NCBI GenBank assembly: GCA_017399405.1
Contig: JAFQCT010000020.1
Location: 22,492-86,491, forward strand
Direction: 5' to 3'
Origin: Clostridia bacterium
GTDB taxonomy: Bacteria; Bacillota; Clostridia; Oscillospirales; Acutalibacteraceae
Length of the DNA: 64,000 bases
Below, one piece after another: positions 29,202-39,689 of this stretch. Position 1 is the stretch's first letter; each line of letters begins with the position of its first letter. The translations under genes were made by a program, and so were the position numbers. The notes beneath the pieces are model-generated. The model saw only the letters and a program-made list of their open reading frames with translations. It was not told where the DNA came from and did not search any database.

Positions 29202-30584
29202 TTATTTAAGTTTCCAGTCAATTTTGTTGACCTGTCTTGCTCTTGCAATACCAAGTGCATCAGCAGGAACATCTTCTGTAATTGTTGAACCTGCAGCGGT
29301 GTAAGCACCTTGCCCAACTTTAACAGGGGCAACAAGGTTTGTGTTACAGCCTATAAATGCGTCGTCACCTATAACTGTACGGTATTTTGCCTTGCCCGTA
29401 TAGTTAACTGTAACTGTACCACAACCAAAGTTTACTCGTTTACCAACATCAGAGTCACCAACATAAGTAAGGTGAGAAACTTTAGTGCCAGTATCAATAT
29501 TTGAGTTTTTAACCTCAACAAAGTTACCAAGATGCACTTTTTCACCGATAACGGAGTTAGGTCTTATATGCACAAATGGGCCAATATTGGCATCAGCAAG
29601 TACTCTTGACTGATAGCACTGAACATTGTTAAGTTTAGCACCATCTTCAATAATACTGTCACTGATTATTGAGTTAGGGCCAATTCTGCAACCTTTACCG
29701 ATTTTTGTGTTACCCTGAATAATTGTGTTAGGTAAAATTTGTGTATCTGCACCAATTTCAACGCCAGGTTCAATAATAACACCGTCAGAAAATGGAATAT
29801 CAACACCGTTTGCAAGGTGATATTCAATCTGTTGCATTTTACCGTGCTGATTTAACTCCATTAACTGAAGTCTTGAGTTAGCACCAAGAATAATATCAGA
29901 ACTTGGGGCAAAATAAGTGTCAGTCTTTAGTCCGTCTTCAATAAACATTGAAACAAGGTCAACAAGATTATAATGACCATTTTGTCTTGGTTGCAACTTG
30001 TTAAGACCTGCAAGTAATTTCTCGGCATTTATCCAGAATGTGCCTGAAGAAATCTCATTTATACGCTTAATAACGCTGTCAGCGTCTTGCTCCTCAATAA
30101 TTCCCATAAACTGACGGGCAGGGTTTCTAACAATTCTGCCATAACCGAAAGGTTTGTCAAGAATTGCAGTAATAACTGTAAGGTCATTACCTGCATTTAT
30201 GTGGTGAGCATAAGATGAGCAGATTGTATTAGCATCCATAAAAGGAGTGTCACCATTAAGAATAAGAACATTACCACCGTGTTCGGCACAAGAACGGATA
30301 AAGCGTTCAGCTTGCATAACCGCGTGTGCAGTACCAAGTGGTTTTTCCTGTTCAACTGCTGAAATGAAGTTGCCCGGATGCTCTTTCATAAGATATTCTT
30401 TAATAGTTGTATCATTATCAGGAACAACTGCAATAATATGAAGAAGTTTAGCCGCAACAGCAGCGTCAGTAACTCTGCCAATCATAGGTTTACCCATAAC
30501 TGAAGCCATAACGCGTGGTGTTGTGGAATTAGGGTTAATTGTTGTTCCGCCTGCCATAATAATTGCAATATCAAAGTTTGTCAT
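29202..30584 (-). CDS. glmU: Bifunctional UDP-N-acetylglucosamine pyrophosphorylase / GlcN-1-P N-acetyltransferase
   Basis: The N-terminus is a nucleotidyltransferase domain (IIMAGG). The C-terminal left-handed beta-helix shows hexapeptide repeats. Confidence 0.9.
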   Translation of the reverse strand: MTNFDIAIIMAGGTTINPNSTTPRVMASVMGKPMIGRVTDAAVAAKLLHIIAVVPDNDTTIKEYLMKEHPGNFISAVEQEKPLGTAHAVMQAERFIRSCAEHGGNVLILNGDTPFMDANTICSSYAHHINAGNDLTVITAILDKPFGYGRIVRNPARQFMGIIEEQDADSVIKRINEISSGTFWINAEKLLAGLNKLQPRQNGHYNLVDLVSMFIEDGLKTDTYFAPSSDIILGANSRLQLMELNQHGKMQQIEYHLANGVDIPFSDGVIIEPGVEIGADTQILPNTIIQGNTKIGKGCRIGPNSIISDSIIEDGAKLNNVQCYQSRVLADANIGPFVHIRPNSVIGEKVHLGNFVEVKNSNIDTGTKVSHLTYVGDSDVGKRVNFGCGTVTVNYTGKAKYRTVIGDDAFIGCNTNLVAPVKVGQGAYTAAGSTITEDVPADALGIARARQVNKIDWKLK

Positions 30585-30667
30585 TCTAATCGCTCCTTTT
30601 TTGTGAGATTAACACCAATTTTCCAATTAAATTTTACCATAAACCTATAGAGTTTTCAATACTTTAT

Positions 30668-30696
30668 TTGACAAAGTAATACTTAAATGATATATT
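30668..30696 (+). promoter_or_regulatory. Candidate sigma-A promoter (TTGACA, 17-nt spacer, TATATT)
   Basis: TTGACA at 30668-30673 and TATATT at 30691-30696, upstream of the GTG at 30727. Confidence 0.5.
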
Positions 30697-30726
30697 TATA
30701 ATATTAAATATTACGGGGGAAAAAGC

Positions 30727-31644
30727 GTGCTTTCTGTAATTATTCCATCTTATAACGAAGAACTTAATATCGAGAATACTGCAAAGGTATTATCTGCAAT
30801 ATTTAGAGAAAATAATATAGAAACTGAACTCATTTTTGTTGATGACGGTTCAAAAGATAAAACTTATGAAAAGATTTGCGAATGTGCCCTGCAATATGAA
30901 AATGTAAAAGGCATTAGTTTCAGCCGTAATTTTGGCAAAGAAGCAGCAATTTATGCAGGTCTTGAAAACTCAAAAGGGGATTGTGCAGTAATTCTTGATT
31001 GCGATTTGCAATTTCCACCGGTCAAAGCAGTTGAAATGTATAGACTTTGGGAACAAGGCTATGAAGTAATTGAGGGTATAAAAGTTGACCGCGGCGGTGA
31101 AAGTCTTTTCTATAAACTTTTCGCAAAGAGTTTTTATAAGATTATCAGCGGATTTGTAGGCGTTGATATGCAGTCAACATCCGACTTCAAACTTATTGAC
31201 CGTAAAGTAATTGATGCACTTTTGTCCCTCCCTGAAAGAAACACATTTTTCCGAGCACTCTCATTCTGGTCAGGATTTAAGTCAACAGAAGTTGAGTTCA
31301 AGGTGCAAGAGCGTCAGAATGGCACTTCAAAATGGAACTTCCGTAAACTCGTAAAATACGCAGTTTCAAATATAACATCATTCACAACTGCACCGTTACA
31401 GATTATTACGGGACTCGGTTGCGTGCTTTTGGTGTTTATGTTTGGTATGGCAATACAAACCCTTGTAAGATTTATGCTTGGTCAGTCTGCCGAGGGCTTT
31501 ACAACGGTAATTTTACTGTTGCTTTTAATTGGTGGCAGTATTATGTTAGCGTTAGGAATTATCGGCTATTACATCGCCCGAATTTATGAAGAAGTCAAAG
31601 GTAGACCACGATATATAATTTCAAAGAAAACAGATGATAAATAA
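30727..31644 (+). CDS. Family 2 glycosyltransferase, GtrB/bactoprenol-sugar synthase-like
   Basis: The GTG start is preceded by GGGGGA. The motifs SVIIPSYNEE, VDDGSKD and DCDLQ are present, plus two C-terminal TM helices. Confidence 0.8.
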   Translation: MLSVIIPSYNEELNIENTAKVLSAIFRENNIETELIFVDDGSKDKTYEKICECALQYENVKGISFSRNFGKEAAIYAGLENSKGDCAVILDCDLQFPPVKAVEMYRLWEQGYEVIEGIKVDRGGESLFYKLFAKSFYKIISGFVGVDMQSTSDFKLIDRKVIDALLSLPERNTFFRALSFWSGFKSTEVEFKVQERQNGTSKWNFRKLVKYAVSNITSFTTAPLQIITGLGCVLLVFMFGMAIQTLVRFMLGQSAEGFTTVILLLLLIGGSIMLALGIIGYYIARIYEEVKGRPRYIISKKTDDK

Positions 31645-31651
31645 TTTCTCT

Positions 31652-31680
31652 CACCTCACAATTTTGTGGGGTGTTTTTTT
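31652..31680 (+). terminator. Rho-independent terminator
   Basis: CACCTCACA-ATTTT-GTGGGGTG followed by T7. Confidence 0.75.
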
Positions 31681-31885
31681 ATCCAATCATGGATTGGATT
31701 TCATCTTTTAATTTATTAAAAGACTTCATCGAATTTATTCGAAGGATGATTTCATTTATAAACACAGCTATTAAATGAAATTTGTCTTCGACAGATGAAA
31801 TCACTTCGTGATGAAATCCTCGTTTTACTCGGGTGAAATCTGCCATTAGTAGATGAAAAATATGCTCAAACCCTTGAAATATAGC
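31681..31885. repeat. Modular repeat, copy E (GATGAAATC hairpin-array cassette, degenerate ends)
   Basis: It aligns over ~150 nt with 59800-59945, including ...ATTTCATTTATAAACACAG.TATTAAATGAAAT.TGTCTTCGACAGATGAAATCACTTCGTGATGAAATCCTCGTTTTACTCGG.TGAAATCTGCC... The left TIR is missing and the right end is diverged. Confidence 0.75.
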
Positions 31886-31941
31886 CAAGTTAATGATATA
31901 ATACTAATTTAGAAAATTATTGCTTAAAGGGGGTATAGACT

Positions 31942-33978
31942 ATGAGCCGAAAAAAGTGGATAACTGCACATATTGACAAAGAAATAGCAGCACAAGTGGC
32001 TGAAAATCATAGCCTTGACCCTTTTACTGCTTTGATTGTAGTTTCTCGCGGAATTACTGAATATGAAGATGTTGAAGAGTTTTTTGAAACCGATTTCAGT
32101 TTTTGCGACCCATATTTAATTGTTGATATGGAAAAGTGTGTTGACCGTATAAACCTTGCCCTCGAAAAAGGCGAGAGAATATGCGTTTTTGGTGACTATG
32201 ATGCAGACGGTGTTACTGCAACTGCACTTATGTATTCTTACCTTTCAAATAAAGGTGCAGATGTAATGTATTATATTCCCGACCGTGTTACTGAAGGTTA
32301 CGGAATGAACTGCTCTGCAATCGACAAACTTAACGAGCAGGGTGTTAAACTCATTGTAACTGTTGATAACGGTATTTCTGCAATTGAAGAAATTGATTAC
32401 GCTAATAGTTTGGGCATTGAAACTGTTGTAACTGACCATCACCAAGTTGGTGAAACTTTGCCAAACGCAGTTGCGGTTATTGACCCACACCGTGAAGATT
32501 GTAATGTTCATTTTAAGGAATGGGCAGGTGTTGGTGTCGCTTTCAAGGTTGTATGTGCATTAGAAAAAGGCGATTATTCTGAAATCTTAAATGAGTATGC
32601 TGATATTATTGCAGTTGGTACAGTTGCCGATGTGGTAGATTTGAAAGACGAAAACCGTGCAATCGTAAAATATGGTGTTGCAAAGATTAACAGCAATCCT
32701 TGTAACGGTATCAACGCACTTCGTCAGGTGGCAGGTGTAGGGGAGCGTACTCTTAACGCAGTAGGTGTTACTTATTCGTTAGCACCTCGCATTAACGCAG
32801 CAGGCAGAATGGAATCTGCAACAACTGCATTAAAACTTTTACTTTGTGATAATCTTGTTGATGCCCTTGATATTGCTGAAAAGGTTGATTTGTGCAATCG
32901 TCAGCGTCATACATCAGAAAACGAGATTATGGAAGCGGCAATAAAGCACATTGAGTCAAACGAAAAACTCAAATATTCAAAAGTGATTGTTGTATGTGGT
33001 GAGCATTGGCATCACGGTGTAATTGGCATTGTTGCCGCCCGAATTACAGAAAAATATGGTAAACCGTCAATTGTAATCACTTTTGATGGTGATGAGGGTA
33101 CAGGCTCGGCACGAAGCATTGACTCATTTTCAGTTTATGATGCAATTAAATACGCAAGTGAATATTTAACCCATTTTGGCGGTCATACTATGGCAGCAGG
33201 GCTTGGAATAAAGCGTGAAAATGTAACCGCATTTTTTGAGAAAATCAATGAGTATGCCGGTTCTTTGCCTGATGCAGTACCAACACTTACACTTGACTGC
33301 AAATTAAACCCTGCATATATAAATGCGTCACTTGTTGAGTCTTTAGAAAATCTTGAGCCTTATGGTGCAGGTAATCCACAACCGCTTTTTGGCATTTTTG
33401 GTGTGCGACTTTCACAAATAAGACCTGTGGGTGAGGGTAATCGTCATTTGCGATTAGGGTTTAACAAGGGCAACACACAATTTAGTGCTATGAAGTTTTC
33501 AACAACTCTTGAGGAATTTCCATTCCGTGAGGGTGATATTGTTGATTTGGCAGTAAGAATTGAAAAAAATGAATATAAGGGCGAAGTTAAAGCGTCAGTT
33601 CAGATAAGAGATGTGAGATTTGGGAATGTAGATGAGGATAAACTTTTCAAATCTCAATCACTTTATGAAAAATACAAGAGAGGTGATGTTCTCACTTCTC
33701 ACGAGGCAAGATTTTTAACACCATCAAGGGAATTTTTGCTTGGTGCGTTCAATATAATTAAGTCGTATATGACTTGGGAATTTGATATTGAAACATTACT
33801 TGTCAGGGCTTCTTGTCCTATTGAGCGTTATTGCACAATGGCGGTATCTCTTGATGTGCTTTGCGAATTAGGACTTATTAAGCGTGAAAATGGGCAAATT
33901 CAATTTGACGGTGACGGTAAAAAAGCGGATTTGTCACAGTCAAAAATTCTTAAAAATTTAAGTAGTAGAGGGGAGTGA
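31942..33978 (+). CDS. recJ: Single-stranded-DNA-specific exonuclease RecJ
   Basis: DHH motifs are present (GDYDADGVT, VTVDNG, VVTDHH), together with a DHHA1 domain (GGHTMAAG). Confidence 0.93.
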   Translation: MSRKKWITAHIDKEIAAQVAENHSLDPFTALIVVSRGITEYEDVEEFFETDFSFCDPYLIVDMEKCVDRINLALEKGERICVFGDYDADGVTATALMYSYLSNKGADVMYYIPDRVTEGYGMNCSAIDKLNEQGVKLIVTVDNGISAIEEIDYANSLGIETVVTDHHQVGETLPNAVAVIDPHREDCNVHFKEWAGVGVAFKVVCALEKGDYSEILNEYADIIAVGTVADVVDLKDENRAIVKYGVAKINSNPCNGINALRQVAGVGERTLNAVGVTYSLAPRINAAGRMESATTALKLLLCDNLVDALDIAEKVDLCNRQRHTSENEIMEAAIKHIESNEKLKYSKVIVVCGEHWHHGVIGIVAARITEKYGKPSIVITFDGDEGTGSARSIDSFSVYDAIKYASEYLTHFGGHTMAAGLGIKRENVTAFFEKINEYAGSLPDAVPTLTLDCKLNPAYINASLVESLENLEPYGAGNPQPLFGIFGVRLSQIRPVGEGNRHLRLGFNKGNTQFSAMKFSTTLEEFPFREGDIVDLAVRIEKNEYKGEVKASVQIRDVRFGNVDEDKLFKSQSLYEKYKRGDVLTSHEARFLTPSREFLLGAFNIIKSYMTWEFDIETLLVRASCPIERYCTMAVSLDVLCELGLIKRENGQIQFDGDGKKADLSQSKILKNLSSRGE

Positions 33979-33985
33979 ACGAGGA

Positions 33986-36175
33986 ATGATGACTACAGAT
34001 GTAAATAAACTTTATAGCGATTTGCGTAAAAAAATCGAGGCTATTCATAATAAAGATGAACTTATAATCATTGATAAGGCTTTTGAAACTGCAAATTCAT
34101 TCCATCAGGGTCAACTTCGTCGTTCAGGTGAACCTTATATTATCCACCCAATAGCAGTTGCAAACATTCTTGTAGATTTGGGTATGGATTATCAGTCAAT
34201 TGTGGCAGCACTTCTTCACGATGTTGTTGAAGATACTGACTATACACTCCAACAGCTTACAGAAGAGTTTGGCGAAGATGTTGCAATACTTGTTGACGGT
34301 GTTACAAAACTCGGTAAAGTGCAACTTAATTCTCGCGAAACTAAAGAAGAACAGCAAGCAGAGAATGTAAGAAAAATGCTTCTTGCAATGTCAAAAGATA
34401 TTCGTGTTATTATCGTAAAACTTGCTGACCGTCTTCACAATATGCGAACACTCGAATTCGTTGACCCTCAAAAGCAACGGGATAAAGCACTTGAAACTCT
34501 TGAGATTTTTGCACCTATTTCTCACCGTCTCGGTATCCGTTCTGTTAAAGAAGAACTTGAAGATAGGGCTATTCGTTTTCTTGACCCTGTGGCTTATGCG
34601 GGTATTGAAGAAAACCTTAAAAATTCAAGCCGTTCAGGTAATGATTTTCTTGAACATACCAAAGAAAAAATTCTTGAGCGTGTGCATCAGTTTGTGCCTA
34701 ACGCACAGATTAGTGGTCGTATTAAATCTGTTCACGGTATATACAGAAAAATGTATATGCAAGGAAAAGATTTTGACCAGATTTTTGACATTTACGCAGT
34801 TCGTATTATCGTTGATAGCGTTGTTGATTGCTATAACTGTCTCGGTATTATTCACGATATGTATAATCCGTTACCTAATCGTTTTAAGGATTATATTTCA
34901 ACGCCAAAACCTAATATGTATCAGTCGCTTCACACCACCGTTATCGGGAAAGAGGGTGTGCCTTTTGAAGTGCAGATAAGAACTTGGGATATGCACCGTA
35001 CTGCTGAATTCGGTATCGCAGCCCATTGGAAATACAAGAGCGGTGTTACAACCACTAAACAAAGTTTTGATGACCGACTTCAGTGGATTCGTGAAATGCT
35101 TGAAGCACAACAAGAGTCAGGAGACGCACGCGAACTTGTGTCATCAATCAAAACTGACCTTATTACTGACGAAGTTTTTGTTTATACACCAAAAGGTGAT
35201 GTTGTCAATGTGCCACAAGGCTCAACTGTAATTGACTTTGCTTATGCAATTCACTCTGCTGTTGGTAACAGAATGACAGGTGCTAAAGTTGACGGTCGCA
35301 TTGTGCCTATTGACTATGTAATCAAAACAGGTCAGATTGTAGAAATTCTTACATCTTCACAACAAGGTAAAGGACCTTCTCGTGATTGGCTTAATATCGT
35401 AAAAACAAGTCAGGCAAAGAGTAAAATCCGAAATTGGTTCAAAAAAGAAAAACGCGAAGAAAATATTGTTCAGGGTAAAGAAGAAGTTGAGCGTGAGTTT
35501 AGACGCAACTATATCCGTCTTTCTGATGAAGATTATGAAAAGTTTATAAAACGACTCGCTGAGCGTCAGCGTATGGAAACTGTTGACGATTTCTATGCTG
35601 CAATCGGTTATGGCGGTGTTTCAATAATCCGTCTTATGCCTTATATTAAAGAGGAATATCAAAAGAATTACGATAAGAGCCGATTTGAAGTTAAAACAAT
35701 CCCTGTTCGTGACAATTCAAAGAAAAATAAAGATGGCGTTACTGTTGAGGGTATTGATAACTGTCTTATCAAGTTCTCACAATGTTGTAATCCATTGCCG
35801 GGCGATAATATTATCGGTTTTATTACTCGCGGTCACGGTGTTTCAATTCATAAGCGTGATTGTACTAATGTGCCAAAAGACCTTGTAAATTGTGCCGAGC
35901 CTGCCCGTTGGGTAAATGCATATTGGAACGGTAATGTTAAAGAGGAATACAAGGCAACACTTCAACTTACTTGCCTTTCCCGTGTGGGACTTATGGCAGA
36001 GATTGCAACACAAGTTGCAAATATGCGAGTAAATATTACAAGTATCAGTACTCACGATATGAAAGATGGCAGAACAATTGTTGAACTTACAGTTAATGTT
36101 AGTGGTGTAGACCATTTGAAGAATCTTATATCAAGAATTGAAAAAATAGATGGTATTTTGTTGGTAGAAAGATAA
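33986..36175 (+). CDS. relA: Bifunctional (p)ppGpp synthetase/hydrolase (RelA/SpoT homologue)
   Basis: It has an HD hydrolase domain (HPIAVA, HDVVEDT) and a synthetase domain (YQSLHTTV). TGS and ACT domains follow. The size is 729 aa. Confidence 0.95.
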   Translation: MMTTDVNKLYSDLRKKIEAIHNKDELIIIDKAFETANSFHQGQLRRSGEPYIIHPIAVANILVDLGMDYQSIVAALLHDVVEDTDYTLQQLTEEFGEDVAILVDGVTKLGKVQLNSRETKEEQQAENVRKMLLAMSKDIRVIIVKLADRLHNMRTLEFVDPQKQRDKALETLEIFAPISHRLGIRSVKEELEDRAIRFLDPVAYAGIEENLKNSSRSGNDFLEHTKEKILERVHQFVPNAQISGRIKSVHGIYRKMYMQGKDFDQIFDIYAVRIIVDSVVDCYNCLGIIHDMYNPLPNRFKDYISTPKPNMYQSLHTTVIGKEGVPFEVQIRTWDMHRTAEFGIAAHWKYKSGVTTTKQSFDDRLQWIREMLEAQQESGDARELVSSIKTDLITDEVFVYTPKGDVVNVPQGSTVIDFAYAIHSAVGNRMTGAKVDGRIVPIDYVIKTGQIVEILTSSQQGKGPSRDWLNIVKTSQAKSKIRNWFKKEKREENIVQGKEEVEREFRRNYIRLSDEDYEKFIKRLAERQRMETVDDFYAAIGYGGVSIIRLMPYIKEEYQKNYDKSRFEVKTIPVRDNSKKNKDGVTVEGIDNCLIKFSQCCNPLPGDNIIGFITRGHGVSIHKRDCTNVPKDLVNCAEPARWVNAYWNGNVKEEYKATLQLTCLSRVGLMAEIATQVANMRVNITSISTHDMKDGRTIVELTVNVSGVDHLKNLISRIEKIDGILLVER

Positions 36176-36193
36176 GAAAAGAGAAAGTTTTAT

Positions 36194-36652
36194 ATGAAAG
36201 CAGTAATTCAAAGAGTTAGTAAAGCAAGTGTAACCGTTGACGGTGAACTTATTTCAAAAATCAATAAAGGTTATCTTATTTTGCTTGGTGTTATGGATGA
36301 TGACACAGAAGAAGATGCAGAAATATTGGCACGAAAAGCCTCAACTCTTCGCGTTTTTGAAGATGATGAGGGTAAAATGAACCTTGATATTCAAAGCGTT
36401 GACGGTGAAATTCTTGCAGTTTCACAGTTTACCCTTTGTGCTGATTTGAAAAAGGGCAACCGTCCGTCATTTATAAGGTCTGCACACCCGGACAGAGCAA
36501 ATGAACTCTATGAGTATTTCTGCAAAAAACTTTTAGAAAATGGCGTTAAGAATGTAGAGAAAGGCGTTTTCGGTGCCGATATGAAAGTAGAACTTCTTAA
36601 TGATGGTCCCGTAACTATATTGTACGATTCAGAACTTTGGAGAAAGAAGTAA
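36194..36652 (+). CDS. dtd: D-aminoacyl-tRNA deacylase
   Basis: The motifs MKAVIQRV, SQFTL and NDGPVT are present. It follows relA, as in many bacteria. Confidence 0.93.
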   Translation: MKAVIQRVSKASVTVDGELISKINKGYLILLGVMDDDTEEDAEILARKASTLRVFEDDEGKMNLDIQSVDGEILAVSQFTLCADLKKGNRPSFIRSAHPDRANELYEYFCKKLLENGVKNVEKGVFGADMKVELLNDGPVTILYDSELWRKK

Positions 36653-36658
36653 AATAAA

Positions 36659-37294
36659 ATGATTACTGTAAAAACACATTTAGCAATAGCAGATGATGGC
36701 TTTGAAACAAACACATATATTGTAACTTGTGAAGAAACAGGCGAAACTTTGGTTGTTGACCCATCTTTACCTGAAGAAAGTCTTATTGAAAAACTTAAAG
36801 ATAAAAATGTAAGATACATTCTTTTAACTCACGGTCATTTTGACCATATTGGCGGAGTAAATCTTGTTAAAGAAAAAACAGGTGCAACGGTTGTAATTCA
36901 TAAAGAAGACGAAGAAATGCTTTGCGATAAAAATAAGAATTACGGAACTGATAGCACATCAATATATGCAGATACTTTAGTTGAAGACGGTAGTGAGTTA
37001 CCTTTTGGTAATACTAAAATTATAGTTTTGCATACACCGGGGCATACAAAAGGTGGAGTCTGCTATCTTTTCAATGATGATAGAGTAATGTTCTCGGGTG
37101 ACACATTATTCCGACTTACCGCAGGCAGAACAGACCTTTACGGTGGTGACGCAAGAACTGAACTTTTGTCACTTACAAAAATTGCTGATTTAGAGGGTGA
37201 CTATAAAGTTTACCCAGGTCACGACGCTTCGACAACTCTTGATTTTGAAAGACAGTATAATCGCTATATGCGAACAAGATTTAGAAGAAAATGA
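36659..37294 (+). CDS. MBL-fold metallo-hydrolase
   Basis: The HxHxDH motif LLTHGHFDHIGG and HTPGHT are present. Confidence 0.85.
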   Translation: MITVKTHLAIADDGFETNTYIVTCEETGETLVVDPSLPEESLIEKLKDKNVRYILLTHGHFDHIGGVNLVKEKTGATVVIHKEDEEMLCDKNKNYGTDSTSIYADTLVEDGSELPFGNTKIIVLHTPGHTKGGVCYLFNDDRVMFSGDTLFRLTAGRTDLYGGDARTELLSLTKIADLEGDYKVYPGHDASTTLDFERQYNRYMRTRFRRK

Positions 37295-38730
37295 TTAAAT
37301 TACTTGTTATAAACCATAAATTTCATTATGAAATGGAAAAACTTGTGCGTATTTTTATGCCTGATACAAAAATTCAGGTAATTTATGATGAAAATGAAGA
37401 ATATAATCTTCTCACATCAGTAAAAACAGAAATATGCGTAATTGCCAATTTTGAAAAATTCAATAAAACTCTTACAGCCCCACTTTGTGATGATAATGAA
37501 ATGCAAATGGGTAGAATGGTATATGTACTGCTCAGTGAATATATGGGCTTTTCGCCAAAATGGGGTGTGCTTACAGGTGTTCGTCCCTCAAAACTTCTTA
37601 TAAATACAGAAAAACAAATGGGCAGAGAAAAAACAGAGGAATATTTCAAAAACGATTTGCTTGTAACAGACGAAAAATACAGCCTTGCAAGAACAGTTGC
37701 CGATTATGAAGAAAAAATAATCGCAACAAGCAAGCCACAATCATTTAGTCTTTATGTTTCAATACCTTTTTGCCCCTCAAGGTGCAGTTATTGTTCGTTT
37801 GTATCTCATTCCGTGCAGAATGAAAAAGCAAAATCACTTTTGCCCGTATATGTTGATTTGCTTACAAAAGAACTTATAGAAACTGCACAGATTGCTAAAA
37901 ATATAGGGGTAAATCTTGAAAGTATTTATATCGGTGGTGGAACACCAACAACTTTAAGTGCAGAGCAACTTGAAACAGTTATAAGTACAATCGAAAACAA
38001 CTTTAATATGACTACTTGTCGTGAATTTACAATTGAGGCAGGTCGTCCCGATACAATTACAGAAGAAAAATTACGCGTTATCAAAAATTCATCAGTTGAC
38101 AGAATTAGTATAAATCCGCAAACATTTAACAATAGTGTGTTAGAGGCAGTTGGCAGAAAGCACACAGCCCAAGATACAATAAATATTTTTGAGTTAGCCC
38201 GTAAAATAGGATTTGACAATATAAATATGGATTTGATTGCAGGACTTCCAACCGATACAGTTGAGGGTTTCAAGTATTCCCTTGATACTGCAATTAACCT
38301 TGACCCTGAAAATATAACCGTTCATACTCTTGCAGTAAAGCGTGCTTCGGGAATAGGGCAGAATACACCTGAACTTGCGGTGCAAAGTGCAAAGAATGCG
38401 TCACAAATGCTTGACTATACTTATAATAGATTAAGTGAAAAATATCACCCATATTATATGTACCGTCAGTCAAAATCTGCAGGAGCTCTTGAAAATGTTG
38501 GCTGGGCAAAACAGGGTACAGAGTGTATTTACAACATTTTTATGATGGAAGAATGTCATACAATTCTTTCTTGTGGTGGCGGTGCAGTAACAAAACTTAA
38601 AGCACCAAAAGGTGATGAAATTGAGCGTATTTTCAATTTCAAATATCCTTTTGAATATATCAACGACTATGAAATACTTCAAAACCGCAAAAAGCGAATA
38701 ACTGAATTTTATAATACATATTCATACTAA
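37291..38730 (+). CDS. HemN-family radical SAM protein (HemZ-like, oxygen-independent coproporphyrinogen oxidase-like)
   Basis: The radical SAM motif is CPSRCSYCSF, followed by YIGGGTPT. The N-terminal extension is typical of HemZ-type proteins. Confidence 0.75.
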   Translation: MIKLLVINHKFHYEMEKLVRIFMPDTKIQVIYDENEEYNLLTSVKTEICVIANFEKFNKTLTAPLCDDNEMQMGRMVYVLLSEYMGFSPKWGVLTGVRPSKLLINTEKQMGREKTEEYFKNDLLVTDEKYSLARTVADYEEKIIATSKPQSFSLYVSIPFCPSRCSYCSFVSHSVQNEKAKSLLPVYVDLLTKELIETAQIAKNIGVNLESIYIGGGTPTTLSAEQLETVISTIENNFNMTTCREFTIEAGRPDTITEEKLRVIKNSSVDRISINPQTFNNSVLEAVGRKHTAQDTINIFELARKIGFDNINMDLIAGLPTDTVEGFKYSLDTAINLDPENITVHTLAVKRASGIGQNTPELAVQSAKNASQMLDYTYNRLSEKYHPYYMYRQSKSAGALENVGWAKQGTECIYNIFMMEECHTILSCGGGAVTKLKAPKGDEIERIFNFKYPFEYINDYEILQNRKKRITEFYNTYSY

Positions 38731-38744
38731 ATGAGGTGTATTGA

Positions 38745-39677
38745 ATGTCAAATATAAATAACTATATCGAATATATCAACGAAAAGGCAGTGTCTTCGCC
38801 TGAAGATTTTATTAAAAAATGTGAAGCAAGATACGAAAATATCATAGGTGATATTGCTGAGAAAATCGTTACAGATGAAGGCAGAGAAATTGTAATGCTT
38901 GCAGGACCATCTTCCGCAGGCAAAACCACAACTGCCCGAAAGTTATGTGAAAAACTCAACGCAAGCGGTGTAAAAACCTATGTTTTAAGTCTTGATGATT
39001 TTTATCTTAACCGTGATGATATTCCGTATCTTCCTGACGGTACTCAAGATTTTGAAACAGTTTATGCACTTGATTTACCTTGTTTTGAAGAAAAAGTCAA
39101 TGCACTTTTGCGTGGTGAAACTGTTAAAAATCCTATATTCGATTTTCATACAGGTAAGCGTAGCAGTACACAGTTTAATGAAATCACATTAGGTGAAAAA
39201 GATGTTGTAATTATTGAGGGGCTTCACGCACTTAACCCTGTAATTACTGAAAAAATTCAAGGTAAACTCTTGAAAATCTATATAAATGTATCTTCTCGTA
39301 TTTATGACGAAAAAGGCAACATAATCTTAAATAAAAGAAATATGCGTTTTATTCGCCGAATGGTGCGTGACTATAAATTCCGTAGCAGTACAGTCGAAAA
39401 TACCTGTAAACTATGGAAAAATGTAACCGCGGGTGAAGATAAATACTTGTTCCCATATCGTCATTTAGCCGATATTAAAGTAAATACAATTCATCTTTAC
39501 GAAAGTTGCGTGTTAAAGCATCAGGCTATGGGTTTAATTGAAAATAGCGAAGTTTCAGATGAATATAAAAATGATATTAAAAAAATCTATAATGCGTTAA
39601 AACGATTTGAAAGTATTGAACAATCTCTTGTACCAAGTGACTCATTGTTGCGAGAATTTTTAGGTGCAGAGAAATAA
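38745..39677 (+). CDS. Uridine kinase/phosphoribulokinase-family P-loop nucleoside kinase-like protein
   Basis: Walker A GPSSAGKTT and Walker-B-like VVIIEGLHAL are present. Confidence 0.6.
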   Translation: MSNINNYIEYINEKAVSSPEDFIKKCEARYENIIGDIAEKIVTDEGREIVMLAGPSSAGKTTTARKLCEKLNASGVKTYVLSLDDFYLNRDDIPYLPDGTQDFETVYALDLPCFEEKVNALLRGETVKNPIFDFHTGKRSSTQFNEITLGEKDVVIIEGLHALNPVITEKIQGKLLKIYINVSSRIYDEKGNIILNKRNMRFIRRMVRDYKFRSSTVENTCKLWKNVTAGEDKYLFPYRHLADIKVNTIHLYESCVLKHQAMGLIENSEVSDEYKNDIKKIYNALKRFESIEQSLVPSDSLLREFLGAEK

Positions 39678-39689
39678 TCACAAAAGGGT

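Noticed and set aside
31679-31888. The minus-strand ORFs 31679-31888 and 59729-59971 encode similar peptides (…ADF.RVKRGFHHEVISSVED.FHLI.VFINEIILR…), which could suggest a conserved small protein.
   Set aside because: The similarity is explained by nucleotide-level conservation of the repeat cassette. The region is a chain of palindromic hairpins with no SD or plausible start, and it sits between terminators. I treat it as a non-coding repeat.
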